A program made the translations under genes and the position numbers. A stretch of 64,000 nt of DNA from an uncultured Eubacteriales bacterium (GTDB lineage: Bacteria > Bacillota > Clostridia > Monoglobales > CAYZNM01), in NCBI GenBank assembly GCA_964479875.1, contig CAYZNM010000010.1, positions 25,794 to 89,793 of the forward strand, read 5' to 3'. Positions 40,246 to 49,688 of this stretch are shown one piece after another. How positions within the stretch are numbered: the first letter of the stretch is position 1; each line of letters begins with the position of its first letter. Under the pieces are notes generated by a model. That model saw nothing but the letters and a program-made list of their open reading frames with translations. It did not search any database and was not told where the DNA came from.

Positions 40246-41069
40246 CCAAGCTGCTACTTACACTGAATAAGCTGTTCAAGCAGCCGCTGCACCCTTTTAA
40301 TAAGGAAGCAGGAATCACCTACCCCGAGTGGCAGTTCAAAAACGGTGAAAAGACGATACAGTATTTCACCGTGAAATATTCTGCCGAAGATATGTTTAAG
40401 GGGAAGCGCGTCCTCGACATAGGCTGCGGCGCAGGCGGAAAGTCGCTGTATTACGCCAAATTAGGCGGCAATGTCACAGGGCTTGACATTTTCGACGCAT
40501 ACAAGCCGCAAGCGGAGGAATACGCGAAAAAGCTCGGGCTTTCGGATAAATTTACATTTGTCACAGGTAGCGCGTGCGAAATGCCATTCGCCGACTGCTC
40601 CTTTGACACAATAATCGCAAACGACGCGATTGAACATATCGACGACCCTGCCGCGGCAATACGCGAGTGTCTGCGTTGCCTAAAGCAAGGCGGTCGGCTT
40701 TACATCAACTTCCCGCCGTATTATCACCCGATGGGGCATCACCTAAGCGACACGATATTTATCCCGTGGGCGCATTTGTTCTTTTCGGACGACACGCTTA
40801 TCGATGCATACAAGCAGCGCATTCACGGCCTGCCTGACTATGACGCGCGCTATAACCTGCGCATAGGCATACGGGACGACAAGGAATGCTTCACCTACCT
40901 TAATAAAATCACAGTAAAACGCTTCAAGCAATTGATGAAGCAGCTTAATATATCGCCGGATTATTACCACGAAGCTCCGCTTCGGCAGTTTCTTGCGCCG
41001 CTCGCAAAGCTTCCGGCGGCGAAAGAAATGTTCGTGAAAATGGTTGTAGCAGTAATTGTCAAAAATTGA
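40242..41069 (+). CDS. Class I SAM-dependent methyltransferase
   Basis: VLDIGCGAGG, FDTIIANDAIEHI. Confidence 0.88.
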   Translation: MTKLLLTLNKLFKQPLHPFNKEAGITYPEWQFKNGEKTIQYFTVKYSAEDMFKGKRVLDIGCGAGGKSLYYAKLGGNVTGLDIFDAYKPQAEEYAKKLGLSDKFTFVTGSACEMPFADCSFDTIIANDAIEHIDDPAAAIRECLRCLKQGGRLYINFPPYYHPMGHHLSDTIFIPWAHLFFSDDTLIDAYKQRIHGLPDYDARYNLRIGIRDDKECFTYLNKITVKRFKQLMKQLNISPDYYHEAPLRQFLAPLAKLPAAKEMFVKMVVAVIVKN

Positions 41070-41081
41070 AAGGGGCAGCGC

Positions 41082-41864
41082 ATGAACGACAAACTAAAGC
41101 TAATGCAAATTCCGCTTAAATCCATAACCTCCAATCCGCACCAGCCGCGTAAAATTTTCCACCAGGAAGCGATTCAGGAGTTATCGGAGTCGATAAAGCG
41201 GCACGGGCTTATACAGCCGATAACTGTTCGTCGCGGCGAAAACGGCGGCTACGAGCTTATCGCAGGCGAGCGTCGTATGCGCGCGTGCATACTTGCCGAG
41301 CTTGAGTATGTCGACTGCATAGTGCTAAACGCAAGCAGTTGGGACAGCGCCACGATGGCTTTAATCGAGAATTTGCAGCGCGAGAACCTGCACTACCTCG
41401 AGGAAGCCGAAGGCTACTACAACCTGCTAAACGATTTCGGACTTACGCAGGAGGATTTAGCAAAAGAAGTCGGCAGGTCGCAAGCTTCAATCGCAAACAA
41501 GCTGCGCGTGCTGCGCCTACCTCCCGAGGTAAAAAAAGCACTGCTTGCAGGCGGACTCACCGAGCGTCACGCCCGAAGCCTGCTGCGCCTTACCGAAGCT
41601 GAACATCAGCTTAAAGTAATTGACATAATCGTAAAGCGCAAGCTAAGCGTAAAGCAAACCGAACAGCTAATCGACCAATTCATCGAAAGCGAAAAAAAGA
41701 AAAAGCGTCCCAAACCCAAAACAGCCGTAAAGGACGTCCGCATTTTCCTCAACACAATCAAGCAAGCCATCGACCTCATGAACGAAAGCGGAATCAATGC
41801 CATATCCGAAAAGCGCGAGGACGAGGACTTCATAGAATACATCGTAAAAATACCAAAGAGTTAG
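41082..41864 (+). CDS. noc: ParB-family nucleoid occlusion protein Noc
   Basis: NPHQPRK, GLIQPI, IAGERR, ENLQRENL; C-terminal KDVRIFLNTIKQAI typical of Noc. Confidence 0.75.
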   Translation: MNDKLKLMQIPLKSITSNPHQPRKIFHQEAIQELSESIKRHGLIQPITVRRGENGGYELIAGERRMRACILAELEYVDCIVLNASSWDSATMALIENLQRENLHYLEEAEGYYNLLNDFGLTQEDLAKEVGRSQASIANKLRVLRLPPEVKKALLAGGLTERHARSLLRLTEAEHQLKVIDIIVKRKLSVKQTEQLIDQFIESEKKKKRPKPKTAVKDVRIFLNTIKQAIDLMNESGINAISEKREDEDFIEYIVKIPKS

Positions 41865-41872
41865 GAGAACAA

Positions 41873-42577
41873 ATGCTACGCGAATCTAATATAAATTTAC
41901 GGCAGCTTACCTCGAATCAATATCCAGGCAGGGCTATAATAATCGGCTGCACGCCTGATATGCGCTACATGGTGCAGGTATACTTTATCATGGGGCGCAG
42001 CGAAAGCTCGCGCAACCGCACCTTCGAGTACAAGGACGACATACTGCGCACAATGCCGCGCGAGGGCGACAGCAACGACCCTCTGCGCATTTACAACGCC
42101 GCGATGATTGCAGGCGACGCGCACATAATCACCAACGGTAAGCAAACCGACACAATCCACGACTATATCACAAACGGCAAAACCTTTGAAGCCGCATTAG
42201 ACGAGTGGAGCTTCGAACCCGACCCGCCCATATACACCCCACGAATCAGCGGCGTAAACTACATGGACAGCGGCAAGTACACCCTAAGCATACTAAAATC
42301 CGGCGACGGCAAGGGTGAGCACCTCACGCGACAATTCTTCCACTACGCGCCGATTCGCGGCTACGGACACCTTATCCACGTCTACAAAAGCGACGGCAAT
42401 CCGCCGCCGGCTTTCGCAGGAGAGCCGATGATAGTACCTATATTCGACGAGCCTGATAAAACCTTGGCGGTATATTGGGACGCAATCGACAGCAATAATA
42501 AAATCGCAATGTTTGTGAAGTATATAAGCATTGCAGGCGGCAAGGTGACGCATAGAATTGTGACTACAAATTCATAA
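41873..42577 (+). CDS. Archaeal-type IMP cyclohydrolase (PurO-like)
   Basis: YPGR, YFIMGRSESSRNR, ITNGKQTD, FEPDPPIYTPRISG. Confidence 0.85.
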   Translation: MLRESNINLRQLTSNQYPGRAIIIGCTPDMRYMVQVYFIMGRSESSRNRTFEYKDDILRTMPREGDSNDPLRIYNAAMIAGDAHIITNGKQTDTIHDYITNGKTFEAALDEWSFEPDPPIYTPRISGVNYMDSGKYTLSILKSGDGKGEHLTRQFFHYAPIRGYGHLIHVYKSDGNPPPAFAGEPMIVPIFDEPDKTLAVYWDAIDSNNKIAMFVKYISIAGGKVTHRIVTTNS

Positions 42578-42581
42578 AGCA

Positions 42582-42608
42582 AAAGGGCGACTACATTGGT
42601 CGCCCTTT
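42582..42608. terminator. Bidirectional terminator
   Basis: AAAGGGCGAC/GTCGCCCTTT. Confidence 0.7.
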
Positions 42609-43095
42609 AAAATTCTTCTAATTCATTGAATATTACATCGTCACACACTGCGATTCCGCCGTAGAGCTTATCGGTGTACCTGCCGATGTTTGCGTAGTGC
42701 TGCATTACATATGTCGCCGTATGGGGCATTGGCAGCTGCGAAAGCATGTTGAGGTTTACCCACTCAAGCTTGCCTTCGTTGCTGCTTATATTTATGGTTC
42801 TGTCCTTGAGTTGGGCGAAGAAGTAGTAGTTTTGGCGTACCTCGTTGTTTTTCAGGCGAAGGGTGATGTATCGAATGCTAAGGTTGTGGAGTGCGCTTTC
42901 GTGCAGACCTGTTTCCTCGTATAATTCGCGCAATATACATGCACGTGCGTCATGCACCTCGTCTTTCTCGAAATGACCCCCTGCCGACCCAACCCAACTG
43001 TCGCCTACAACTCGTGAGCCTATTCGATACAACATAAGAACATCGTCGCCGTGCAGTATGTACAACGATGCCATATTGCGCAGCTTTCCGTCCAT
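42607..43095 (-). CDS. NUDIX hydrolase
   Basis: GGHFEKDE...ACILRELYEETGL Nudix box. Confidence 0.9.
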   Translation of the reverse strand: MDGKLRNMASLYILHGDDVLMLYRIGSRVVGDSWVGSAGGHFEKDEVHDARACILRELYEETGLHESALHNLSIRYITLRLKNNEVRQNYYFFAQLKDRTINISSNEGKLEWVNLNMLSQLPMPHTATYVMQHYANIGRYTDKLYGGIAVCDDVIFNELEEF

Positions 43096-43105
43096 GTTTT
43101 CTCCT

Positions 43106-44458
43106 TTACATCAATGCTGCCGCTTGTTGTTCCAACTCTGCGACTTCCAGCAGCAAGTCGCAGTATCGCCGCAATTCGTACTTGTTGCCGAATTTGTCGG
43201 CGGCGGAAAAATCCTGCGGGATTTCGCGGGACATTTCGGCTGCGACTGCCGCGATTCGGTTGTAGATATTCGCTATATCGCTTCTGCTGTTGTCGTGCAA
43301 AAATGCCGCCGCATATTGTCTGTCGAGGTATTGCTTGTAGTTGCACATCACGTTTAGGTAAGGCTCGAAGTTGTCGTCCCAATCATAGGTTAGCAGCGCG
43401 TTTGCGAATGCTTTGTGTGCGGCGATGCCGTTGTGCTGACCCGGTGCGAGATTTTCTGCTGTGATAAGCCGCTTTGCGACTGCGAGGGTTTTCGCTAACA
43501 CTTGTTCACACGACGGCTTTTCGGCTTTGCCTTTGATGATGAGGATTGTGCCGTTGTTGTTTGCAAAGCTGTCGTCGTGCCAGTTGGATTTTCGGAAATA
43601 GCCTGTGTCGTCGTGCTTTTCGCTGTGGTCGTCGTCGATGTCCATGAAGGGGCTGTAACCTAGCAGCACCGCGCCATCTCTGTCATAGCCGGAAATCACA
43701 CACGCGTCAGCGCAGTTTATCACGCCCTCCAACGTAATCACAGGCACGCCCTTGTCGATGCTTTCCACAATCAGCTGCCTATCCCTCTCGTAGTCGCCGC
43801 GCGAATACCGCTCCACCTCATACCCAAGCACCGCGAATGTGTGCGCAACAATTATCGGCGTATGCGAAACGTGATAGTTGCCATGATTCCACTCACACGC
43901 GGACTTCATCGAAAACGAGGTGCGAAACGCACTGCCTGAAACCGCGCAAACATAGTCGTAGTCTAGCTTTTCGCCCATCACACTCAATGCCGAAACAACA
44001 GAGTTCACAAACTCATTCTGCCGCGCATTATCCGACCAATCGACACGCAGCATATTAGGGATATAGTTCTTCGTCATGTTAAACCCGCCCTTCAATTGAA
44101 AGTTAATCTTAATCGGGTTAAACCTCGTAGAATTGGCAATGGCATTAGAAGGCGCACAGCCGAACAGCCGCTTAAACGCGCGTGAAAACGACTCTGCGTT
44201 CTCGTACCCACAATCGAATGCGGCTTCGGTTACGCTTACGCTTCCCCTTGCCAACTTCTCCGCGGCAATCGACAGCCTGCGAAAGCGAATGTACTCGCCC
44301 ACCGTATACCCTGTTATCGCGCCGAAAATTCCTTGGAAAGCGGAAGGGGTATAGTTTATGGCGCGGCCTACGGCTTCTGCCGATATTTCTTCCGCTATGT
44401 TCACTTCGATAAAGTCAATCGCTTGCTGCACCTTGTCAATCCAATTCATAAAAGTCAC
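43106..44458 (-). CDS. AraC family regulator with long uncharacterised C-terminal domain
   Basis: AIDFIE...EYIRFRRL...CGYENAESFSRAFKR N-terminal AraC HTH. Confidence 0.85.
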   Translation of the reverse strand: MTFMNWIDKVQQAIDFIEVNIAEEISAEAVGRAINYTPSAFQGIFGAITGYTVGEYIRFRRLSIAAEKLARGSVSVTEAAFDCGYENAESFSRAFKRLFGCAPSNAIANSTRFNPIKINFQLKGGFNMTKNYIPNMLRVDWSDNARQNEFVNSVVSALSVMGEKLDYDYVCAVSGSAFRTSFSMKSACEWNHGNYHVSHTPIIVAHTFAVLGYEVERYSRGDYERDRQLIVESIDKGVPVITLEGVINCADACVISGYDRDGAVLLGYSPFMDIDDDHSEKHDDTGYFRKSNWHDDSFANNNGTILIIKGKAEKPSCEQVLAKTLAVAKRLITAENLAPGQHNGIAAHKAFANALLTYDWDDNFEPYLNVMCNYKQYLDRQYAAAFLHDNSRSDIANIYNRIAAVAAEMSREIPQDFSAADKFGNKYELRRYCDLLLEVAELEQQAAALM

Positions 44459-44537
44459 CCATGACTATATTAACATGCGCAAACTACGACTGCATGATTT
44501 TATGCACGATGTTTTGTCCTGCTGCAAAATCGACCCT

Positions 44538-44972
44538 CTACTTTTTGTTGAGATTCTTCAAATCCGGCTTTTCCTTCTCCTTCACCAAGCTCTCGCTCGT
44601 CTTTATCTTCAACCCAAACGACTTACACTGCGTAGTCTGCACGCAGATAATATACCTGCTATCCTCCTTCAAATCAAACAGCTCAATCGTAAAATCAGCG
44701 TCGGCAGTGTATGTATTTTCCCATACATTTTCCTCGCTCGCGTTATCGCGCACCGTTACCACAGCTTCTCCGCTGTCGATTTTAAGCTCCGCGTCGAGAA
44801 CCATTTTATCCAACGCGTCGTTGATATAAATATACTTTTCCTTATAAGAATCCACCTCCTCCGATGTATCAAACGAGAACGTCATCTCCGTATTAGAAAG
44901 CGGGTCGAACACACATGACGTAAGCGTCGCAATAAGCGCGAACGTCAGCAGGATTTTAGCAATGTTTCTCAT
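44538..44972 (-). CDS. Hypothetical lipoprotein
   Basis: MRNIAK...LTSC lipobox; AGGAG RBS. Confidence 0.7.
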   Translation of the reverse strand: MRNIAKILLTFALIATLTSCVFDPLSNTEMTFSFDTSEEVDSYKEKYIYINDALDKMVLDAELKIDSGEAVVTVRDNASEENVWENTYTADADFTIELFDLKEDSRYIICVQTTQCKSFGLKIKTSESLVKEKEKPDLKNLNKK

Positions 44973-45038
44973 GTTAATCTCCTTTAAAAATATCGGATAC
45001 ACAAAAAGGGCGCACACCAGAGGTACGCCCTTGCATTT

Positions 45039-45317
45039 TCACGCAAACTCAAGCTTGTGCATTGCGTTAAATATATCCTCATGCTGCAACTGAATCTGCA
45101 AGCCAAGCTCCACACCTGCGACTTCGAGCCGCTTGTTAAGCTCGTCGAACGGGATTGTGCATTCGATTATGTCGACCAACATAATCATGGTGAACACGCC
45201 TTGCATTGTCGTTTGTGAAATGTCCAGGATATTGACGTTTACGTCCGCGACCGTTGTTGCAACGCGCGCGATAATTCCCGTCCTATCCTTGCCTATAACT
45301 GAAATAACTGCCTTCAT
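45039..45317 (-). CDS. ACT domain protein (UPF0237)
   Basis: MKAVISVIGKDRTGIIA...QHEDIFNAMHK. Confidence 0.88.
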   Translation of the reverse strand: MKAVISVIGKDRTGIIARVATTVADVNVNILDISQTTMQGVFTMIMLVDIIECTIPFDELNKRLEVAGVELGLQIQLQHEDIFNAMHKLEFA

Positions 45318-45327
45318 TTTTCCTCAC

Positions 45328-45660
45328 TTAATCGTTATTAAAATGCGACTTCATTCGTTTGTACATCTTTACGGCAAAATACACCACGCCGATTAACATC
45401 TGCAACGCCGCCAAAAACTTAATCAACGCACGAATACCTTCCGGCGCTCTGCCGAATACCTTGTCGATTACAAGGTTTACAAGGCTGCGCACATTGTTAA
45501 ACAGCACGATAAACAACGTCGCAATCAAGCCGTAGCGTATCATGTCGTACAGCGTAACTGCTTTAACGATAACGGTGTCCTTTGAATCGGCTACTTGCTC
45601 TTTGACATATTCGCGGAATTCGTCCATGCCTTCGCGGCCTGCCTTTAAGAAAATTTGCAT
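45328..45660 (-). CDS. Small hypothetical membrane protein
   Basis: Two hydrophobic segments, AAAGGAG RBS, operon spacing. Confidence 0.6.
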   Translation of the reverse strand: MQIFLKAGREGMDEFREYVKEQVADSKDTVIVKAVTLYDMIRYGLIATLFIVLFNNVRSLVNLVIDKVFGRAPEGIRALIKFLAALQMLIGVVYFAVKMYKRMKSHFNND

Positions 45661-45672
45661 AAATGCTCCTTT

Positions 45673-46458
45673 CTAACTACGATGTTTTATAATTTCATAC
45701 ATTAGTATTCCGGCTGATACCGCGGCGTTTAGGGAGGTTATCTCGCCCATCATAGGAATGCGCACGGTGAAGTCGCAGTGACGCTCGATGAGCGGCGACA
45801 CGCCTTCGCCTTCGCTGCCTATTACTAGGCCGATTGCGCCTTTGTAGTCGGCTTGGGTGTATAGCTGCTTGCCGTTTCCGCTTGCGCAGAAGAACCATAA
45901 GCCACGCTTTTTTAAGTCCTCGATTGCCGCCGTTAGGTTTGTTACCTTGGCGACCTTGGTGTATTCTAGCGCACCCGCGCTTGTTTTGGCTACAACGTCG
46001 GATAAGCCGCAGCTTCTGCGTGCGGGAATAATTATTCCGTCGACGCCTGCTGCGTTGGCAGTGCGGATTATGCTGCCGAGGTTGTGAGGGTCCTTTATTT
46101 CGTCGAGAAGGATTATGAAGGGTTTGTGTCCCTTTTCCTCCGCCGAGCGCAGTATATCCTCAACTGTGCAATAATCGTGCGCAGCGGCAAATGCCGCTAC
46201 GCCTTGATGATTTCCGCCTTGGCATATCGAGTTAAGCTGCTCACGCGGCACGGATTGCACAATCACGCCGCGTTCATGTGCAAGCCCCACGATTACCTTT
46301 ATGCTGCCTTCCTTGCCGCTTATTAATATCTTATCAATCGTGCGCCCGCCCTTTAAGGCTTCAATCACAGGATTGCGTCCGTATATCAAATTCACATTTA
46401 TTTCTTTTTCGTTATCGTTATTATTGTTATTGTGTTTATTATTATCGTTATTTTTCAT
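45673..46458 (-). CDS. rlmB: 23S rRNA Gm2251 methyltransferase RlmB (SPOUT)
   Basis: IYGRNPV, HQGV, DPHNLGSIIRTA, IGSEGEG, SLNAAVSAG; Asn-rich N-terminal tail. Confidence 0.92.
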   Translation of the reverse strand: MKNNDNNKHNNNNNDNEKEINVNLIYGRNPVIEALKGGRTIDKILISGKEGSIKVIVGLAHERGVIVQSVPREQLNSICQGGNHQGVAAFAAAHDYCTVEDILRSAEEKGHKPFIILLDEIKDPHNLGSIIRTANAAGVDGIIIPARRSCGLSDVVAKTSAGALEYTKVAKVTNLTAAIEDLKKRGLWFFCASGNGKQLYTQADYKGAIGLVIGSEGEGVSPLIERHCDFTVRIPMMGEITSLNAAVSAGILMYEIIKHRS

Positions 46459-46465
46459 CTGCACC

Positions 46466-47665
46466 TTATTGCGATTCTCCTGCGATACGCAGCGCGTTTC
46501 GCAGTACGAGCTTGCCCTCGAGCAGTTTCAGCTTTTCGCTAAGCTGCGCGGGAGTTAATGGCTCTGTTGTTATCGCGATGTCGTTGTCGTCTTGGCACGC
46601 GTACTGCATGTTCGGGAATGCTTGATTCAGCAACGCTCTGTAGCTATAGTCTGCTTCAAAGCGGATATAGTATGCGAATGCTTCCATATCCTGCGCGACG
46701 CTGCCGTCTGTCCAATTGAAGCTGTCGTTGTTACAATTACGCGCGATATCGATTACGTCCGCGACTACAGCCGAGGCCGTAGGCATACTGCCTGCACCCT
46801 TGCCCCAGAACATTACGTCGCCGACATTGCTTCCGTTTACCATTATCACGTTGTGCGCACCGTTTACGTTTGCGAACGGGTGTGCGTTATCCATCAGCAC
46901 AGGCGCAACCCAGCAGTAGATGTTGCCGCCGCTGTTTTTGCTGTAGCCGATAAGCTTTATCGTCTTGCCGATATTTGCTGCAATCTCCATATCCTTCTGC
47001 TCGATTGCAGTTATTCCCTGCGTGGGAATATCGTCGCAGGGGAGCTGCTTGCTGTAGCTAAGTCCTGACAGTATCGCGATTTTGCGGCAGGTATCCTTGC
47101 CTTCGACGTCGCTTGCAGGATTAGCTTCCGCATAACCTTTTTCCTGCGCAAGCTTTAAGGCTTCATCGAAGCTTAGCTTGCTATGCTGCATTTTTGTCAG
47201 TATATAGTTAGTCGTGCCGTTTAATATTCCGGCTACATAGTTAATCTCGTTTGCCATCAGGCAGGTGTTCAGCGGACGCAGTATCGGTATGCCGCCGCCC
47301 ACGCTTGCTTCAAACAGATAGCGCACATTGTTCGCGGCTGCCAATGCGAACAGCTCCTTGCCCTTTGTTGCGATAAGCTCCTTGTTCGAGGTCACAACAT
47401 GCTTGCCGCGCGATAATGCCGCCCTTGTAAATTCATACGCGACCGATACGCCGCCTATTGTTTCCACTACTATTTCCGTGCTTGCATCTGCCAAGATTAC
47501 ATTTATATCTTTGACAACTTTATCTTTGTATTCATCATTTACTTCACGTATCTCAAGTATATGCGATATGGTAAGCTTATCCTTAAAGCGTGTGCTGCCC
47601 TCCATTATAACTTTGACGACGCCTGCGCCAACTATACCATAGCCCAAAACTGCTACCCTTGTCAT
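46466..47665 (-). CDS. hom: Homoserine dehydrogenase
   Basis: GYGIVG, VVTSNK, FEASVGGGIP, ILNGTTNYIL, GAGSMPTASAV. Confidence 0.95.
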   Translation of the reverse strand: MTRVAVLGYGIVGAGVVKVIMEGSTRFKDKLTISHILEIREVNDEYKDKVVKDINVILADASTEIVVETIGGVSVAYEFTRAALSRGKHVVTSNKELIATKGKELFALAAANNVRYLFEASVGGGIPILRPLNTCLMANEINYVAGILNGTTNYILTKMQHSKLSFDEALKLAQEKGYAEANPASDVEGKDTCRKIAILSGLSYSKQLPCDDIPTQGITAIEQKDMEIAANIGKTIKLIGYSKNSGGNIYCWVAPVLMDNAHPFANVNGAHNVIMVNGSNVGDVMFWGKGAGSMPTASAVVADVIDIARNCNNDSFNWTDGSVAQDMEAFAYYIRFEADYSYRALLNQAFPNMQYACQDDNDIAITTEPLTPAQLSEKLKLLEGKLVLRNALRIAGESQ

Positions 47666-47712
47666 TGTATTTCTCCAATCTATGTCTTACATATTATTAA
47701 TCAGAATTTGTA

Positions 47713-47743
47713 GTCTGCGGGCGGATATCATCCGCCCGCAGAC
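47713..47743. repeat. REP-like palindrome
   Basis: GTCTGCGGGCGGAT-ATC-ATCCGCCCGCAGAC. Confidence 0.6.
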
Positions 47744-47848
47744 GCATAATATGCCTCAATATAATAATACCATAAGTATCAATGTTTGACAAGTGATTAT
47801 TAATGTTATATAATAAAAACGCATAATTATACAATAAGGAGAGAGTTA

Positions 47849-48346
47849 ATGGGATTTTTGGCTTTAAGCTTAAGCTTTGTGTCTATCACACTGCTGCTCA
47901 ACGGAATGTGCCGCCTGCGTAAGATTGACGCACGCTCTACGGCATTTTTCAACGTGTTCACAGGTTTGCTGTTGTTTTTAGGTAACGCTGTTGCGTTAAC
48001 CACCGCTGCGGACCATCTGGCATACCAGAACATAACAAGTGGAATGCTATTTGCAGTGACGTACTTATTAATCGCAAGCATGAACCTGTTTAAGGTGGAC
48101 GCGCGAATTTTCGGCTGGTTTTGCCTATGGGCGACAGTGTATGCTGTGGTAATGGCTTGTACGCTGTGGAATGTAAGCTTGTTCCTCTGCGTACTATGGA
48201 TAATGTGGGCGATACTGTGGTTTTCATCTTATGTGGAAATCATATTGAAGGTTAACAACAACAAGTTGTTTTCGTTCATACTTCTTGCTGAGGGCATATT
48301 TGCCACAGGCATACCTGCGTTTATGATTTTCTTGTTTAATATGTAA
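47849..48346 (+). CDS. AmiS/UreI family channel
   Basis: LLLNG, FNVFTG, MLFAVTYL, FGWFCL, WAILW; perfect TTGACA-17-TATAAT upstream. Confidence 0.8.
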   Translation: MGFLALSLSFVSITLLLNGMCRLRKIDARSTAFFNVFTGLLLFLGNAVALTTAADHLAYQNITSGMLFAVTYLLIASMNLFKVDARIFGWFCLWATVYAVVMACTLWNVSLFLCVLWIMWAILWFSSYVEIILKVNNNKLFSFILLAEGIFATGIPAFMIFLFNM

Positions 48347-48347
48347 T

Positions 48348-48373
48348 GTTAGGGGCGAACGTAGTTCGCCCTG
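48348..48373 (+). repeat. REP-like palindrome
   Basis: GTTAGGGGCGAAC-GTA-GTTCGCCC. Confidence 0.55.
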
Positions 48374-48391
48374 TTTTAATTGAGGTTGAAT

Positions 48392-49153
48392 ATGAAGATA
48401 TTGGTTATTCACGGAAGCATGAGAAGAGGTAACACCTATAAGCTTGCGCAGGAGGTTATCGCTTCTTTGAGAGAGAAAAAGGATGTGCAGATAGATGAGA
48501 TTGAAGTTAAAAAGCTAGAGCTTCCGTTTTGCGCATCTTGTTTGACCTGCTTTAGCAAGGGGGAGAATAAATGCCCTCACGCCGAAACAGTGCAGGATGT
48601 AGCCAATCGCATTAAGCAAAGCGACGGCATAATTTTAACAGGCGTAGTTTACTCATTGCACTTAAACGCGGCGATGAAGAATTTGATTGACCATCTGTCA
48701 TACTTCTTCCACCGTCCATGCTTATTCGATAAAAAGGGCATGGCAATCACAACCACCGCCGGAGCAGGGGAAAACAAAGTCGCAAAATACCTGCAATCGG
48801 TAATGTCCTCATGGGGCATGAGCGGAATTTTGCGCCTATCAGAGAAAATTCAAACAGAGCCATGCGTTTTAACCGAAAAACAGAAGCAGCGCGCAAAATC
48901 AAGCGCCGATAAATTTTACGATTTAATCGAGGGCGACATCAATACGCCGCCTTCGTTTATGGTCGTATGCACATACAACGCCTTCCGCGCAATGAGCCTA
49001 GCGAACAACGCCTACAGCAAAACAGATAAAGAGTATTGGCAAAGCTGCGGCTTCGGCGATAAGGTATATCCGCGCAAGATAAGCATAGTAAAAAAATTCG
49101 TCGGTCACATGACTTACGCCGCATTAAAATCTTTTATGGAAAAATCAAAATAA
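48392..49153 (+). CDS. Flavodoxin-family / iron-sulfur flavoprotein-like FMN reductase
   Basis: IHGSMRRGNT, CASCLTC...C, MKNLIDH. Confidence 0.85.
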   Translation: MKILVIHGSMRRGNTYKLAQEVIASLREKKDVQIDEIEVKKLELPFCASCLTCFSKGENKCPHAETVQDVANRIKQSDGIILTGVVYSLHLNAAMKNLIDHLSYFFHRPCLFDKKGMAITTTAGAGENKVAKYLQSVMSSWGMSGILRLSEKIQTEPCVLTEKQKQRAKSSADKFYDLIEGDINTPPSFMVVCTYNAFRAMSLANNAYSKTDKEYWQSCGFGDKVYPRKISIVKKFVGHMTYAALKSFMEKSK

Positions 49154-49167
49154 CTATTAATATGTAT

Positions 49168-49193
49168 GCAGGGGCGAACATCGTTCGCCTCTC
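49168..49193 (+). repeat. REP-like palindrome
   Basis: GCAGGGGCGAAC-ATC-GTTCGCCTC. Confidence 0.55.
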
Positions 49194-49252
49194 ATTGAAA
49201 TAAGTAGACTGTCACGATGATACTTATGTCATGTTAATAGTGCTGTAAATTA

Positions 49253-49288
49253 AAATAGCTTGATTGCTTAATAGGCAACAAGCTATTT
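49253..49288. terminator. Terminator hairpin
   Basis: AAATAGCTTG...CAAGCTATTT between convergent genes. Confidence 0.65.
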
Positions 49289-49530
49289 CAGCGCACTTCC
49301 TGCTCTAAGTTTGAGAATAGTTCATCATCGAAGAAATCGACTACGCTCATGTCCAGGCCGTCGCATAGCTTCTTGATTGTGGATATTGTCGCGCTGTTGT
49401 TGCGGCCGCTTACAATGTTGTTAAGCGTGGATTGCGTGACGCCGCTCATTGTCGCAAGCTTGTTGATTGTGATTCCTTTTGCGCCGCATAAAATTATGAT
49501 TCTTTCTTTCACTGCTTCTCCTATCGTCAT
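49288..49530 (-). CDS. XRE family HTH regulator
   Basis: ITINKLATMSGVTQSTLNNI...TIKKLCDGL. Confidence 0.88.
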   Translation of the reverse strand: MTIGEAVKERIIILCGAKGITINKLATMSGVTQSTLNNIVSGRNNSATISTIKKLCDGLDMSVVDFFDDELFSNLEQEVR

Positions 49531-49688
49531 TCGTGTCCCTCCTTCTTTATTGCTAATTATAGGATATCAGTATTTACTTATTTTTATAAACTCTATTGAG
49601 TTGACAATTTGTCGAAATATGTTATAATGTACATATAATAGGAAAAATATGTTTTTTTGTAGTATATACCAATAAATCGAAGAAGGAT

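Noticed and set aside
46405-46458. Asn-rich AAT/AAC run at the rlmB start
   Set aside because: Imperfect in-frame low-complexity tail, not a phase-variable tract
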